Shown: in pieces, positions 36,357 to 49,370 of the stretch
How the letters are laid out: each line of letters opens with the position of its first letter
Position numbering within the stretch: position 1 is the stretch's first letter
NCBI GenBank assembly: GCA_030141605.1
Contig: JAQGDQ010000203.1
Location: 186,001 to 250,000, forward strand
From: Tubiluchus corallicola
Lineage: Eukaryota > Animalia > Priapulida
Reading direction: 5' to 3'
DNA: 64,000 bases
Position numbers and translations under genes: made by a program
The notes under the pieces: model-generated
What the model was told of the DNA's origin: nothing
What the model saw: only the letters and a program-made list of their open reading frames with translations
Database searches by the model: none

Positions 36357-36374
36357 TCACGTGACAATGCACAC
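36357..36374 (+). promoter_or_regulatory. Composite E-box (CACGTG) / ARE (GTGACnnnGCA) / MRE (TGCRCNC) element
   Basis: TCACGTGACAATGCACAC contains CACGTG (36358-36363), GTGACAATGCA (36361-36371) and TGCACAC (36368-36374). This is a motif match only. Confidence 0.5.
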
Positions 36375-36418
36375 CGTTGTGTACTTTACCTCCGCAAGGG
36401 TTTCTGGTTCGGCAACGC

Positions 36419-36437
36419 TACTGCCCTCTTGTGGACA
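36419..36437 (-). promoter_or_regulatory. CTCF-like binding motif
   Basis: The minus strand reads TGTCCACAAGAGGGCAGTA, a close match to the CTCF core consensus CCASYAGRKGGCRS. Confidence 0.5.
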
Positions 36438-36597
36438 TCTTCATTAAACTTTGCTTACTTGTTTATGTGTATTACTTCTACGTTTTTTTTATAGTTGCAA
36501 TGATTGTGTGTTTTGTACAATAACCACACAACAATAAAAAGTTTTAGTGTTTTACCTGAAGTACTGGTATCGGATATGGTCTGACAAATAGTTTAGT

Positions 36598-39500
36598 ATG
36601 TTCCGTCCGTTCAAGCATGTCTGGAGTAGTGTCGTTTGGTCTTTTGGAAGAGGTGGGGCGAAGGAAGATAATGAAGGCTTGGTATCAAAATTTGAATACG
36701 GCCGCCCGGCTTTTCTCGGACTTAGTGCTGACGAGCTGCAAGTTGCTGCTGACCACTCCTTTCGGGCAATTATTGTTCCAAGAGAAATCAGTCGTTTACC
36801 ATGGAATGCTGGTTATGCTGAGTATGTGTTTGAAAAAAATATTACTAATCGCAAATACACGTGTAAATAAGCACAAAGACAATTAATAAGACAGTTACAC
36901 TGATTAGCTAACAAGAAAAGTCCCCGTTAAAGCATTTGAATGAGAAAATATAGATTCCATTGCAGTTGTTCACAGAAAAATATGTTACGCACCATCGTGC
37001 TGAGCAAACCCTGATTTCTGTCTCTTGCACCAATCTCTCGTCCACTTAGTGGCTATACACTATATTGGATATGCTAGTTTGGTATCGTCAGCAAACTTGA
37101 GTAGCCGACTAACTACATTATCATCCATGTCATCTATGAAGATGAAAAATAACAGGGGTCTGAGGACACTTCCTTGTGGCACTCCTGATTGAACTGGGAC
37201 TGTAGATGAGGCACAACCCTTGATTTCGACATATTGGAATCTGTCACTTAGCCATACCTTTATCCAGTTATGCAGTTGTGCTTGAATACCATACATGCCT
37301 CAAGTTTAAGCAGCAATCTTCTATGTGGGACTTTGTCAAATGCTTTCGCCAAGTCTAGGTATACTATATCAAGAGAACTAGTGTGATCCGATGTGGAAAA
37401 TACATGTTCAAAAAACTCCAGTAAATTACTTGTCACTAACCGTTTCCTGAGAAACCCATGTTGAGATCTTTTAAAATAATTGTTAGATTGCAAATAGACA
37501 AGTATTGCATTGACTACATGCCTCTCCAGCAGTTTGCCAACAGTACTGGTAATTGCAACTGGCCTATAGTTTCCAGGTTTATTTTTAGGTCCCTTTTTAT
37601 GAATGATACTAATGCGAGATAACTTCCAATTACTGGGAACGTCACCCGTAGCTAAAGACTCTCTGAAGATTAATGTCAGTGGCTTGACCAGCAAATCAGC
37701 AGCCTTAACCAGTTTTTTTGGGTGAATTAAATCTGGTCATGCTGGTGCATTGGTTCTAGGTCCAAATAACAATTTGTGTACATCATGCTGAGTTATGGTA
37801 ACATTACATAAAACTCCACCCCCTTCTAGGTACTAGGTAAATTAGTCAGTTTCTCTGTAATAGAAACACTCTGGAACTGGATATTTAGAATTTCCGCCAT
37901 TAGTCATGGGGCAGATGTTGTTTCATTGAAAGCAGTAGTAAGTGGACCAACCTTAGGACGACTTGTTTTGTTTGCAATAACATACAGCCAGAAAGAGCAT
38001 GCATCATCTTTGATATTTAAGGCTAGCTTGGTTTCAAAGTTTCGTTCAGCACATCGTATAGTCGCTTAAGTCAGCTTTGCCTGTCTCTTGTACGTCAAAA
38101 GGTCTTGATAATCAAGTGTTTGTTTATAGACTGTGTACAAATGCTGTTTATTCCTAACAGCTTTGTTGCAATTATAATTAAACCAAAGAGGTCTGCTACC
38201 ATTACTGGAGCTATATTTGGGTACATATTTATGAATAGACTTGTGCATTCTGTCTTTAAAAAGATTCCAACACATGTAAACGTCACCCGAATGAAACAGG
38301 TGATCCCACGGGATCGATATCATTATAGTAGCAATAGATTCAAAATTGGCTTTGTGAAAATTGAAACCAGAATTTAGTGGCTTCTTAAGAGATAACTGCA
38401 CTACAGTTTGCCAAGATATAACTGCATGATCTGATGTGCCAAATTCCTCTCCAGCCTCTAGGTTTTGTACAAACAACTCACCCGGTACTAGTACTATATC
38501 AAGGGTAGTAAAGCCTCTTGTGGGGTCAACCACTATTTGATTAACGAAACGTTGTTGTGTAACATTAAGAAATATACTAAAATTAGCATCCACCTTCAAA
38601 ATAGACCAGTTTGTATTTGGAAGATTAAAGCCACCACAAAATAAAATTGGGTGAGCCAACAGCAGCAATATCATGTATAAATTTAAATAAAAAGGAATCA
38701 TTTTTAAATTAATGTTGATTTATAAAACCTTTGTTAATTTAACTAACATCTATTTGACTTATTAAAAGTTATGGTACAAAATATATGCACGAAAATTAGT
38801 AACCAAACATTACCACCAACAACTAGTAAAATACAAGTAGAAGATATATGGGTAAACATAAAAACATCAAACAATAAACCATCAATTATATTTGGAACTA
38901 TCTATTGACATCCTAATAAGTCAGTAAAACATTTCCATGAAGAATTGGAGAACATTCTAAGAAAATTAATTCCAGCAGCAAACAAGCTTATATCTGTGGA
39001 GACTTAAATATGAACTTGATACAGCATGAAGAGATATCATCTGTTTCCAATTGTCTTAACATGTTATAAGAACATAGATTTCATCCGGTTTTCACTCAAC
39101 CTACTCGTTTAACTTCCAATTGCCAGACTCTTATAGACCACATTTATACTAACAATATTCATTATCCCTTGATTACTGACATAATATTACATGAAGTTGC
39201 AGATCATCTAGCTATCTTTGCAATAGCTAATTCAGCATATATCAGCAAAACACTCACAAAAGTTAAGAAAAGAGACACACACCATTCCATTCTTCATAAT
39301 TTTTTCGATAATCTTCAACTCTCAGTAACAGGTATTGACGCCCTTGATCCTTATGACAATAATGTAGCCTTCGCCTCATTCCTAGAAACCTTTAGACAAA
39401 TGCTTGACAAACGTGCACCCACCTGATCTTTAACCTTAAAAAAGAAACTCTTTTCTTTTGTAAACCTTGGATCACCACAGGTATCCTTAAATCTATTAAA

Positions 39501-42500
39501 ACCAAAAGTAAACTGTATCGTTCGCACAAATTGTTTAAATTTGAATATAAAAATTTTTTATGAAGCTTACTCAAATACTTCAAATTAAGCTCAAAAAGAA
39601 AGTATTATGATAATCTCTTGCAAGTGAACAAGAACAATGTTAAAAAAACATGGTGTACTAGTGTATTAAAAGTAAAAAATAAAAAGCATATCATTCCCTC
39701 TAAAATTGATATCAATGGTAGACTAATTGGTGATCCTTATGATATAGCCAACTGTTTCAATTGTTATTTTCAATCAACAGGTACAAATATGGCTAAAAAA
39801 CTCCACCTGCAAACTCTAGTTACCTTACATACCTAAATAAGTCCAACAATTCACTTTCTTCTACCCTGTCTCTCAAGAAGAAGTAAGCACAGCACTACAT
39901 AAATTAGACATAAATAAGGCACTGGGTCCTGAAAATATCCCTGTTAAATTTTATCAGCTGGTAAGTCCTGTGATTACTCCTATTTTAACACAACTAAGTA
40001 ATATGCCCATTGCACAACGCAGCTTCCCCAACTGTTTAAAAAATTTCCAAGGTTACACCTCTTTATAAAACTGATTCCCCACTCACTCCAACTAATTATA
40101 GACCTATATCTATCCGTTCACCAATATCTAAAGTATCTGAGCATATTATTTATGACCGACTAAATAATTTTTTTACTCTACACAATATAACTAAATTTCA
40201 GCTTGGCTTCATCGACTGCATTTTCTACAGCAGGTTTCATTGAGAGCATGCTAAGCATACTTGACAACAAGTCTATTACATGTAGGACATTTCTTGACTT
40301 GTCAAAGGCCTTTGACACTGTTCAACATGACATTCTCCTCAATAAACTCAGGCACTATGGAATTTGTGGGCCTATCTTGGAATTAATCACATCATGCCTT
40401 TCAAACCACAAGAAATACACCAGCATTCACAACTCAAATTCAGATCTTCTTGAACGTGGTGTTCCTCAAGGTTCAATTCTTAGCCCTCTCCTATTTTTAA
40501 TATACATTAATGACTTACAGTTTTCTTCCAATTTTAACACTCACCTGTTTGCAGATGACACGAGCCTCTTTCTAACTGACACTAAACTGGTATGACTTCA
40601 AAATAGACTGTCCAAAATTGACAACGGGATGAAAGCTAATAAATTATCTATAAATTACAGTAAAACTAAATTTATGTTATTTCCTAAGAACCTGTCTTTA
40701 ACTGAAACTTCAGCATTTAAAATTCAAATTAGAAAGAATAATATAATCTCAAACAACATGCATAAAATATCTAGGTATCAACATAGATAATGACTTAAAA
40801 TGGTGCATACACATCAGTACAATAACTTCAAAATTGAATAGGACTGCAGGTGTCTTTTCGAAATTGCGACATTCTATCAATGCACATACTCTTAAAATGG
40901 TCTACTACATGTTAATATATCCTTATCTTCAATATTGCATCCTTTCATGGCATAACCCAAACCAAAACATTCTCCAACCTCTAATCTCAGTACAAAACAA
41001 AATAGTAGAATTTGATACTTTTGCACATTACCGTGATCATGCAACACCTTCATATGCTAAACTGCACATACTAAATATTCAAGACATTTACAAGCTGGAA
41101 TTATTCAAAATAATGCACAACTTCAGTAACAACTCTTTTCCTGACCTATACACTAACTATTACACCAAGATTCAAGACATCCACACTTACAGCACAAGAT
41201 CTGCTACAAGGGGTCATTATTACCAACCTAGATTGAATACATCACATGGATTAAAAGCACTACAACATACAGGCACTAAATTGTGGAACTCCTTTCCACA
41301 AGATATATCGACAATACCATCTCTGACCACAGCCGTGAAAATTTTAAATACTACATGCGAACAATGTATCATACAAATTAGACATCCTTTTACCTTCAAT
41401 GTCTTTGTTCTTTTTCTCCTCCTAGACTCTCCAATTTTTCTACCTGGTAATTACTTAGCTTTCTTCTTTGTTATCCATTTAAATTCTTTTTTCCTAGACT
41501 AACGTGTGTGTCTTTTCACCATTTTTTAATTTTTTTCTATAAGTGTGGCTTTTCTTAGTACTACTTAATATAATACAAATAACTGTTACTTACATTTCAT
41601 TCTCATCAATACCCGAAACTAAACAAAATCTTCTTGTTTTCAACCAAACCATTTATTTCAAGCAGTAGTACATTGAAGATTACTATTTTCTTATACCTTA
41701 GTTTTTGTGACACCTTTGTGATTGTGTTTACTGATCGCAAAACATAATTTTCCTTGCCCCCCGTTATCATCCATCTTATTCCAAAAATTATTCATAACGA
41801 TTAACATGCATTTGAATTATATAATAAGCCTATAAAAATATATTAATATTATTTTTCTAGTGATGACCTGTTTTACTTTGAGCCAAGCTACTAAAAACTA
41901 AATTCTGTAAACTAACAGTATATAAGGCAGACTCCTGTAGTCGTACACTGCCCTCACATGTTCTTCTGTTATACATAGTTTCATTAATGGCTAATATGTA
42001 TTCTATCACATGTGTGAAATAACTATGTCTTATATCTTATATTTGTTGCAGGGTGATAAACTCTGGAAAATCAGTGAGAAATGAGGATCAAGCAGCTTGC
42101 GAAGTCTTTCAACTTGTTGATCCTGATGAGCTTCCATCTGCCACATCAAAGGGCAGAGTAGGGTCTAAGACAGGAAATGTGGGGCTTGATCCTGATGCAT
42201 TTGCTAAACAGTTACTTTCCACAACAGCAGTATGTGTTTTTAACCTTATATTGTAAGCAGTTTAAGTTATACGCATATATAATGAACATGTACAATTCGA
42301 CAAAACAGTGCTTATTAATGATAAACATTATCAGAATTTGCTGACTTTGCTTATTTCACACGTTTAAGTTGTTGGAAGTGTTGCTAACAGTTTAGGCAAT
42401 GTGGTGTGTTATTTATTTTGAGTGCATATTTCTTCTACAGTACATGCCGCTAGTTTCTAAGGAAATGTAAAATTTACATTTTCATATTACTATTACTAAT

Positions 42501-45500
42501 ATTCGTAATAGAACTATGCAGTTACATGCCCCATTCCACAATATGCTCTTTTAATGTTTATTACAAAGAACATTATGAGTGCTGTCATTATCTGAATTAA
42601 GCAACAATTTGATTCTGATGGCATGGTTGACAGTTAGATTCTTGTAAATATTGAGTAGGCGGATGTCTAAATTTAGAAATGATAAACTTGCGCTTAAGAT
42701 GGTGATGATAATCAATCTTGGAATTCTGTATATGTAGGATCACGAGGAGAGAAAAGTAGCATACTTTGCGGTATTTGATGGTCACGCTGGTTCCGGGGCG
42801 TCTGTCTTTGCATCTCGATTGCTTCATTTTCATTTACAAGTATGTCAAATTCACTTTATAATATTTAATAACTATCCTGTAAAAAGAGAAGTCATCAGCT
42901 AAAAACTGGAAGTGCAAGATTTAAGGAAAAGTTTTTCTTTTTAAGTTATTCTTGGCAGTACATTATGACATTCTGTTGCTGAGTTTTTGCATGTGCATCA
43001 AATAACATGCATGTTAGCAATTGCTCCTAATTTTTTGCATGATAATTGTACACGGACGCTAAAGGCAAAACAGGAAAAAATGTGGTAAACAAAGAATGCA
43101 ATTTAACAAACGTTAGGTGATTTCTTATATGATAATTAGTCTTAATTATCTGTATCATCATTAGACACGGAAAACTTACCAAGCAAATCACATAATCAAT
43201 GCAGATTCTGATTATATCTGTATAATTTATCTGTATCATATACGTGTTTTGTATAATATACGTTTATCTGTATAATATACGTCTTTTAAAATTTTCCAAC
43301 TGCTGACTTTCCAACGTTGGCAAAAGTTAAGTGGGAATATATCTGAACAAAATTTGAATGTCAAAAATTTTTAACTTTAGATTTTGCATGTTTATAAATT
43401 CATCTCTAAGCCAAATTATGACATTGGATCAAACATAACAATTAGTTGACCTACACCATCACCGATGCTCAGTCTTAAAATACGGTAATGTTAACTTTTT
43501 TATTACTAATTAACTGTATTAATGCTGCTACTTATCAATTTGTAAACATTTTCAGGAGAAATTGAGTATTGCCCAAGAGTTACTGTATAAGCGTCTACAG
43601 AATGGGGATGTCATATGTGACGAGATGATAAAAGACATGAATAGGTTGTTTCCGGACATTAAACACATCAGCACAGATGAACTTGTAATAGGTGCCTTAG
43701 AACGTGCTTTCCAGGACATGGTATATTATGCATTTATAAGCAAATTATTAACAACTTATGACGAGTTAAATGTTACTAGTGCTTTTTCCAATGACTTGCC
43801 TTTTTAAAAAATGTAAACATGCTTTGAAACGTCACCAGTGCATCCAACTGGCAACTTAATACTGAAAATTACTTAAACACTCAATTGAAATAATCCAAAA
43901 TATAGGAATCGCTGGTAAGTGTCTTATGAAATAATATGCATTACTATGGTTTTTGAATATATACGTGTGTTAAGCAATGAAAGTTTGCTCTTTAATTATA
44001 TGTACTGCTGACTGTTGGTGTGGTTTATTTTGTACATATAGTCATGTGTGTATATTGCCACAGAATTCTTTGCCAATTCATAATGGTTAGTAATTTCTTT
44101 TCTCATTTCTCTCAGGACGTACAGATTGGTGTAGAGCGTCATGTGTACAAGATTTCCGGAGGATGCACCGTAATCGTTGCCATCTTTTTTCTTGGCAAAT
44201 TGTATGTGGCAAATGCCGGTGACTGTCGGGCAGTGCTGGTGCATGCTGGGAAGACCCAGCAATTGTCACGAGATCACTCTCCAGAAGCTGAACGTCAGCG
44301 CTTGCAATATCTGGTACTGTACTGTACCTCTCATTGCCTTTGCTAAAGAATTCCTATTTCATTACACTAAGAAAATCTCTTAAAACGTGTCTCATTTTGT
44401 GACTTGAAGTCACACTAAACCTTCGCTATAATATAAACTTTTAAAACTTAAAATCCTACTTTCATTCCGACCATTCAATTAATTTTATTATAAACTTGCT
44501 GTAAAAGTTGTTTCTTTTGATTTTTTACCACTTCATTGTTAGCGGTATTAAATTTGAAGAACTGCCATTTTTCATTGCGCGAGATGAAGGATGTTATGAG
44601 TACAGTCATGAGGTCACCAAAGATCAGTAAAAACACAAATCGGTAACCAAAGACGCTTTCTGTACAACGTACATCATTCTCGCTCACTCGCGCCAAAGAC
44701 GCGAAACACGGCCATCCTTACGGCATGCATGCATTCAAAATTTGCCAGAAAAGGTAAGTTATTTAATAGATATGTCTCTTTTGTTTAGTAATAACTATGA
44801 ATGCTTTGTGTAATCATAATAAAGTGTTAAAATCTTCCGTGTCTGTTGGGGTTATATTACTTAAAGAAACAGCCAACGGTGCAAACCCTCAGTTGTATTT
44901 TAATATAAACTTCTAAAAATATTGAAATTACTACGTAATATACGCCCATTAAGTAACTTGCTTAAAAATGCAAAGAAATTAAATCATTTGTGTCTCCTGC
45001 CAAGCAAGTCTTGCTGCAGGCATATTGGAAAAGAATGACATAAAACTGGTAGGAAGTATGAAGGACGCATTGTGGGTAACATAGTGGGCAGCTAGATTCA
45101 TCAAGAAGCTGAAAATGGTATTATTAATCTCTCATTTAACATATTGGATTGTTTGTAGTTCGTAATAGTAGCTGCAGTTGCAAAAAAGTTTCCTGCAGCA
45201 CCTTGCGAGATAGGTGTTTATATTGCATAGAAACCAGATGGCTTCATTTTTTGTTTTGGGACTTTATATTGGCTTTACTAATTACGCAAGGTGGTTATCA
45301 CGATTTTACTGCTGAAACTTTCTAACATCTTTCTCAAAATAAGCTTGACTTCTCAATAGATCTGTCTTTTGCTTTAAACAACTGAGTGGCTAAATTACAT
45401 AGCTGCGCAGTTGACTAATATTTATTTTACCAAGTTAATAACTGCTAAATGGGTTGGTTACATTCTTAATTCCTGAACAGCTAATTGATATTTATTGGGC

Positions 45501-47158
45501 ACAATTGTAAGTAAGTAACAAAGTATTAATATGTCAGTATTAGTATTAGTTAAGCAGCTGTAAGTTCATCAACTAAGCTGTTATTAGTAGTAAGTCTCTG
45601 CCATGTGATGGCTTATCATCATTGAATTACTAACACAAATGTCAGCTTTTTGTTGTCTGTCGGACTAAATATGCCTACCTTTGCTTGTCAAGTCGTTTTC
45701 TATGTGTTCAATTTTTCAATGAAATATGTAGTTGTTTTGATATTTATAGGTAAGTCTGCATGTCACAAGTTCTTATAATTCTCTAAGTAATGAACAATGA
45801 GAAGACAGCTAACAACAACCAACACCATGCCATACCACCCACACCACACCACCAAACCCACATTATGCCACTTAACCCACATTAACCCAACACAAAGCCA
45901 CGTCCACCACAACAATAACACCATGCTACACCTACCACAACAACCACACCATGCCACCCACTCACACCACCCACACCAAAGTACCCATACCACACCACTC
46001 ACCCACACTACATCACACCATCCATCACATCACCCACCACACCCACCATCCACAGCACAGTTACCCCACGCACTATATTGTACCACACCAAATCCAACAC
46101 ATCACAGTGATTATGATGATGACATTGATGACCACCCACCACAATATACCACACCCACCGTCGAGACCACACTACACCACAAGACCACACCATGCCACAA
46201 CAACCACACCACACCACCCACGCCAAAATACCCATACCATGCCACACCACCACACCACACAACACTATCCGCAGCACGCTCACCACACTCACCACATCAC
46301 ATGGTGATCATGATGATGATGACGACAACGATGACGACACTACAGCACCAACACCAACAAACAGCATCACAACAAAACCATTTAAAACATTTTGCACAAA
46401 GTCAAAACGGTGTGCTGTAATAAATGCTCTTAGTCTGTCTACCAATAATCAGTAATGCACGGATGTTCTATTTAGTTTTGCTTATTGCTTCTCAAATGAT
46501 GATAAGCTAACAGAATATACTTACATGTAAAATCTATAACCCTGTAGAACGACTGGTGAAGACAATGCCTGGAGCAGCTCATAATTTCTCAAACTCTAAG
46601 ACAGTGAATGTTCTAAATAGCAGGCAGCACAGGGGGTAGAACAAGAACTTCAAAATACACCCCTCCTATTTCGTCCAGTTTACATCTCCCCTAGTGAAAC
46701 CTCCAGCACCTTGTAGACTGTTTTGTTCTCTTTCTGCGAGTGTGCATATTTTTTCCCAACGTGTCCAAACAGTTGCACGAATCCAGTTTTTCTTGAGGCT
46801 GTTTGTGCAGTTTTCTGCAAAATTTGAATGGTTGAGTCCGGGAAAACACCCGTTACGAGACTTTATAGCCATCTCGCGAATTCTAAATATGCCTATAACA
46901 CTCACCGTTGAACGGGCTATCTAACTATTACCAGCAACACCCCCGGCCCAGTTCCGATTTCTAGAAATAAGAGGTATAAATTTGCAAAAATGAGCAAAAA
47001 GGGCCATTTTTGAAGGCTTAGCCCTCCTCCACCCATTCCTCCCGATGTGTCCGATTAGAAAAAATAAACACCCGGGTGCTAACCTGTGGATGGAGACCTT
47101 CCGTTTGACGTATAGATCACTGAAAATGGTGCCATCATCGGAGATGTAGCCTCTTCGG

Positions 47159-47204
<46 letters not shown>

Positions 47205-49299
47205 GCCACCGAAATTAATATATCAGATGAAATAGGCAGAAAGAAGGCTTTAAATTGTATAAATTGGCCTCAAGCAACTCTCGGTATGTTATTAAAGATT
47301 CAGTAGCTTCTGTTAGTTCATTAGCAAGCATTTACCAATGTGAACACATTTCCATTTTTTGTGTGATGGCTGAAGTGTCTTTGTTTTTACAGGCATGGTT
47401 AAAGCCACACCTGCTAGGTAATGATTTCTGTCATCTGGAGTTTCAACGCCGTCTAACTCGTGAGGACGTCGGACGGCAAGTTCTGTACAGGGATCAGAAT
47501 ATGACAGGATGGTAAGCCAAAATTTTATAACGAGTTTTCCCAACTTGAAAATGGCATTTAATATCATGTTGTGGCAGACTGGCAGCTGCACTGTCTTATT
47601 CTGTCACAGTATGTGTATGTTCTCTTTGTTAGGCAGATATAAACTGTTTCATTTATAGCTCCTTTTTATTTATCAAAGTTATTAAATTTCCATTTTCTTT
47701 TTCCATTCTCTTTGTCATTAGTCAAGCTGATCATTAAGTTTGAAAAATTCGTTTCTTAAGGCTAGTTAAATGAAGTTTCTGCTTTTGTCAACGTTTGTAC
47801 ATCTTGTGCATATTGTAGCACCATAATCAGAAGTGTATGTATGAAAATTACTCAAATTGTAAATGGGCTTCATAATTTTAGTACTTTTCTACGATTTGAC
47901 ACCTTAGTAACAGCTCTCATATCGTAGGCCTTTGTTGTTGGTTGTAGCTGGACTGGTACCTAACTCTTTTTCAACAATAATATGAATTGAAGTACTGGCC
48001 TGGCAGAGGTGTCTTAGCAATGTTTGCATTAATGTTTTTCCTTAATGCGATAAATAGCTCAAGGCAGAATGGTAGATTAAACCACACAGAAATGATGAAG
48101 AAGTGGCCACCCATCCAGTTAGCAGCCAAACCAGTCATTGTCTAATTTCGGTTGATGAGTATACACCATGATGTCTCAGCTGTTCCTTCACCTCACCAAA
48201 CTGTTTTATTTTGCATAACTTCATTTTGTGGGATAAATATCATTTTGGTTGCTGAAAGTTTAAAAAAGATATTAAGTTTTATAACATTAAAAGAAAAGAG
48301 AAAAATTTCACTGTATCATGGGTGGCATAACTGAATAAATGCAGCTATCCTGTACTATTCTTGTACTATAATTCTCTTAGGACTGGAAAGCTGTAAAATT
48401 CATTTAAATAAGGCAGTTATTCATTTAAACAAGACATGAAAATGATCTGAGATCAAACAGTTTTAATATATCATAATTGATCATGTCTGCTGCTAGCTTA
48501 TGTTTTCTTAGTTTTCCCAATTTAACTTTCCCACTTTTTATTTTTACTGGTTGTGATATCAGTAACAGCGCCTCAACAAACCCTGAAGCTAATGTTGTGT
48601 GAGTAAGGTAAAACCTTTTCCCTCGCTTTGTGGTAGTAAAGAATGCAGCATGCTTCTAATTTTGCTCCTTGGTATCACCGTGCCATATGTTACATGTGTG
48701 CATCACGTGGCTTTGGCATTCAGTCTTGAGAGAAATCTTTAGTTTTGCTATCTGTTAATAACTTGAAGAAAGTATGTGCTTTTGTCGGCACATTGTGTGT
48801 TTTCTAGTTGCAGACTGTATATAATATTGACAAAACAATAGTGATTTTTGAGTTTTTGACCAAAAAAATGCTATCAAATTTTTCAGAAATGATTGAGTAA
48901 TGTCTTTTAACAAGTGGCAACATTCTGATTTGGTTGGGCGTGTATTTGTGTGAGTGTGTCCATGACTCACTGTTATACTAGCTACTATAAATAAGTAATG
49001 TGGCCACCATGCTTTGTTATTATATGCCAAAAAGATTAGTGACTAATTAATCAGCTTCCTGGTTGTTAGTCCAAAAGTTAGTTCACCTGGTTAGCTAGTT
49101 AGTTGGTTAGTTGCCCACCTCATTGGTTATCTAAAAAATGACAAATCAAATAATGTCCAAATCAGACCACTAACTAAACTACAGTGCTTGTTTGACTCGC
49201 TGCCTGGCTGACTAATTGCCTGACTGACTGACTCACTGACTGAGTGATTGATTGACTGACGGAAAGGTAGGGAAACAAAAAGAGGGAGGGAGAGAGAGG

Positions 49300-49370
<71 letters not shown>

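Larger units (their letters stand above)
36340..36450. promoter_or_regulatory. Putative bidirectional promoter of AS3MT and PPM1H-like gene
   Basis: The two genes diverge, with ATGs 1.4 kb apart and putative first exons about 300 bp apart. The segment is locally GC/CpG-enriched and contains E-box, ARE, MRE and CTCF-like motifs. Confidence 0.6.

Noticed and set aside
44900-45400. Possible hAT transposase remnant (CIETRW-like peptide at about 45220-45245)
   Set aside because: Only a short motif, with no extended ORF or identifiable TIR/TSD.
45763-46455. His/Thr/Pro-rich ORFs (up to 207 aa) that look like a metal-binding protein near AS3MT
   Set aside because: All frames on both strands are open because of CAC-type low complexity. 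The region is intronic and I found no phase-compatible splice structure.
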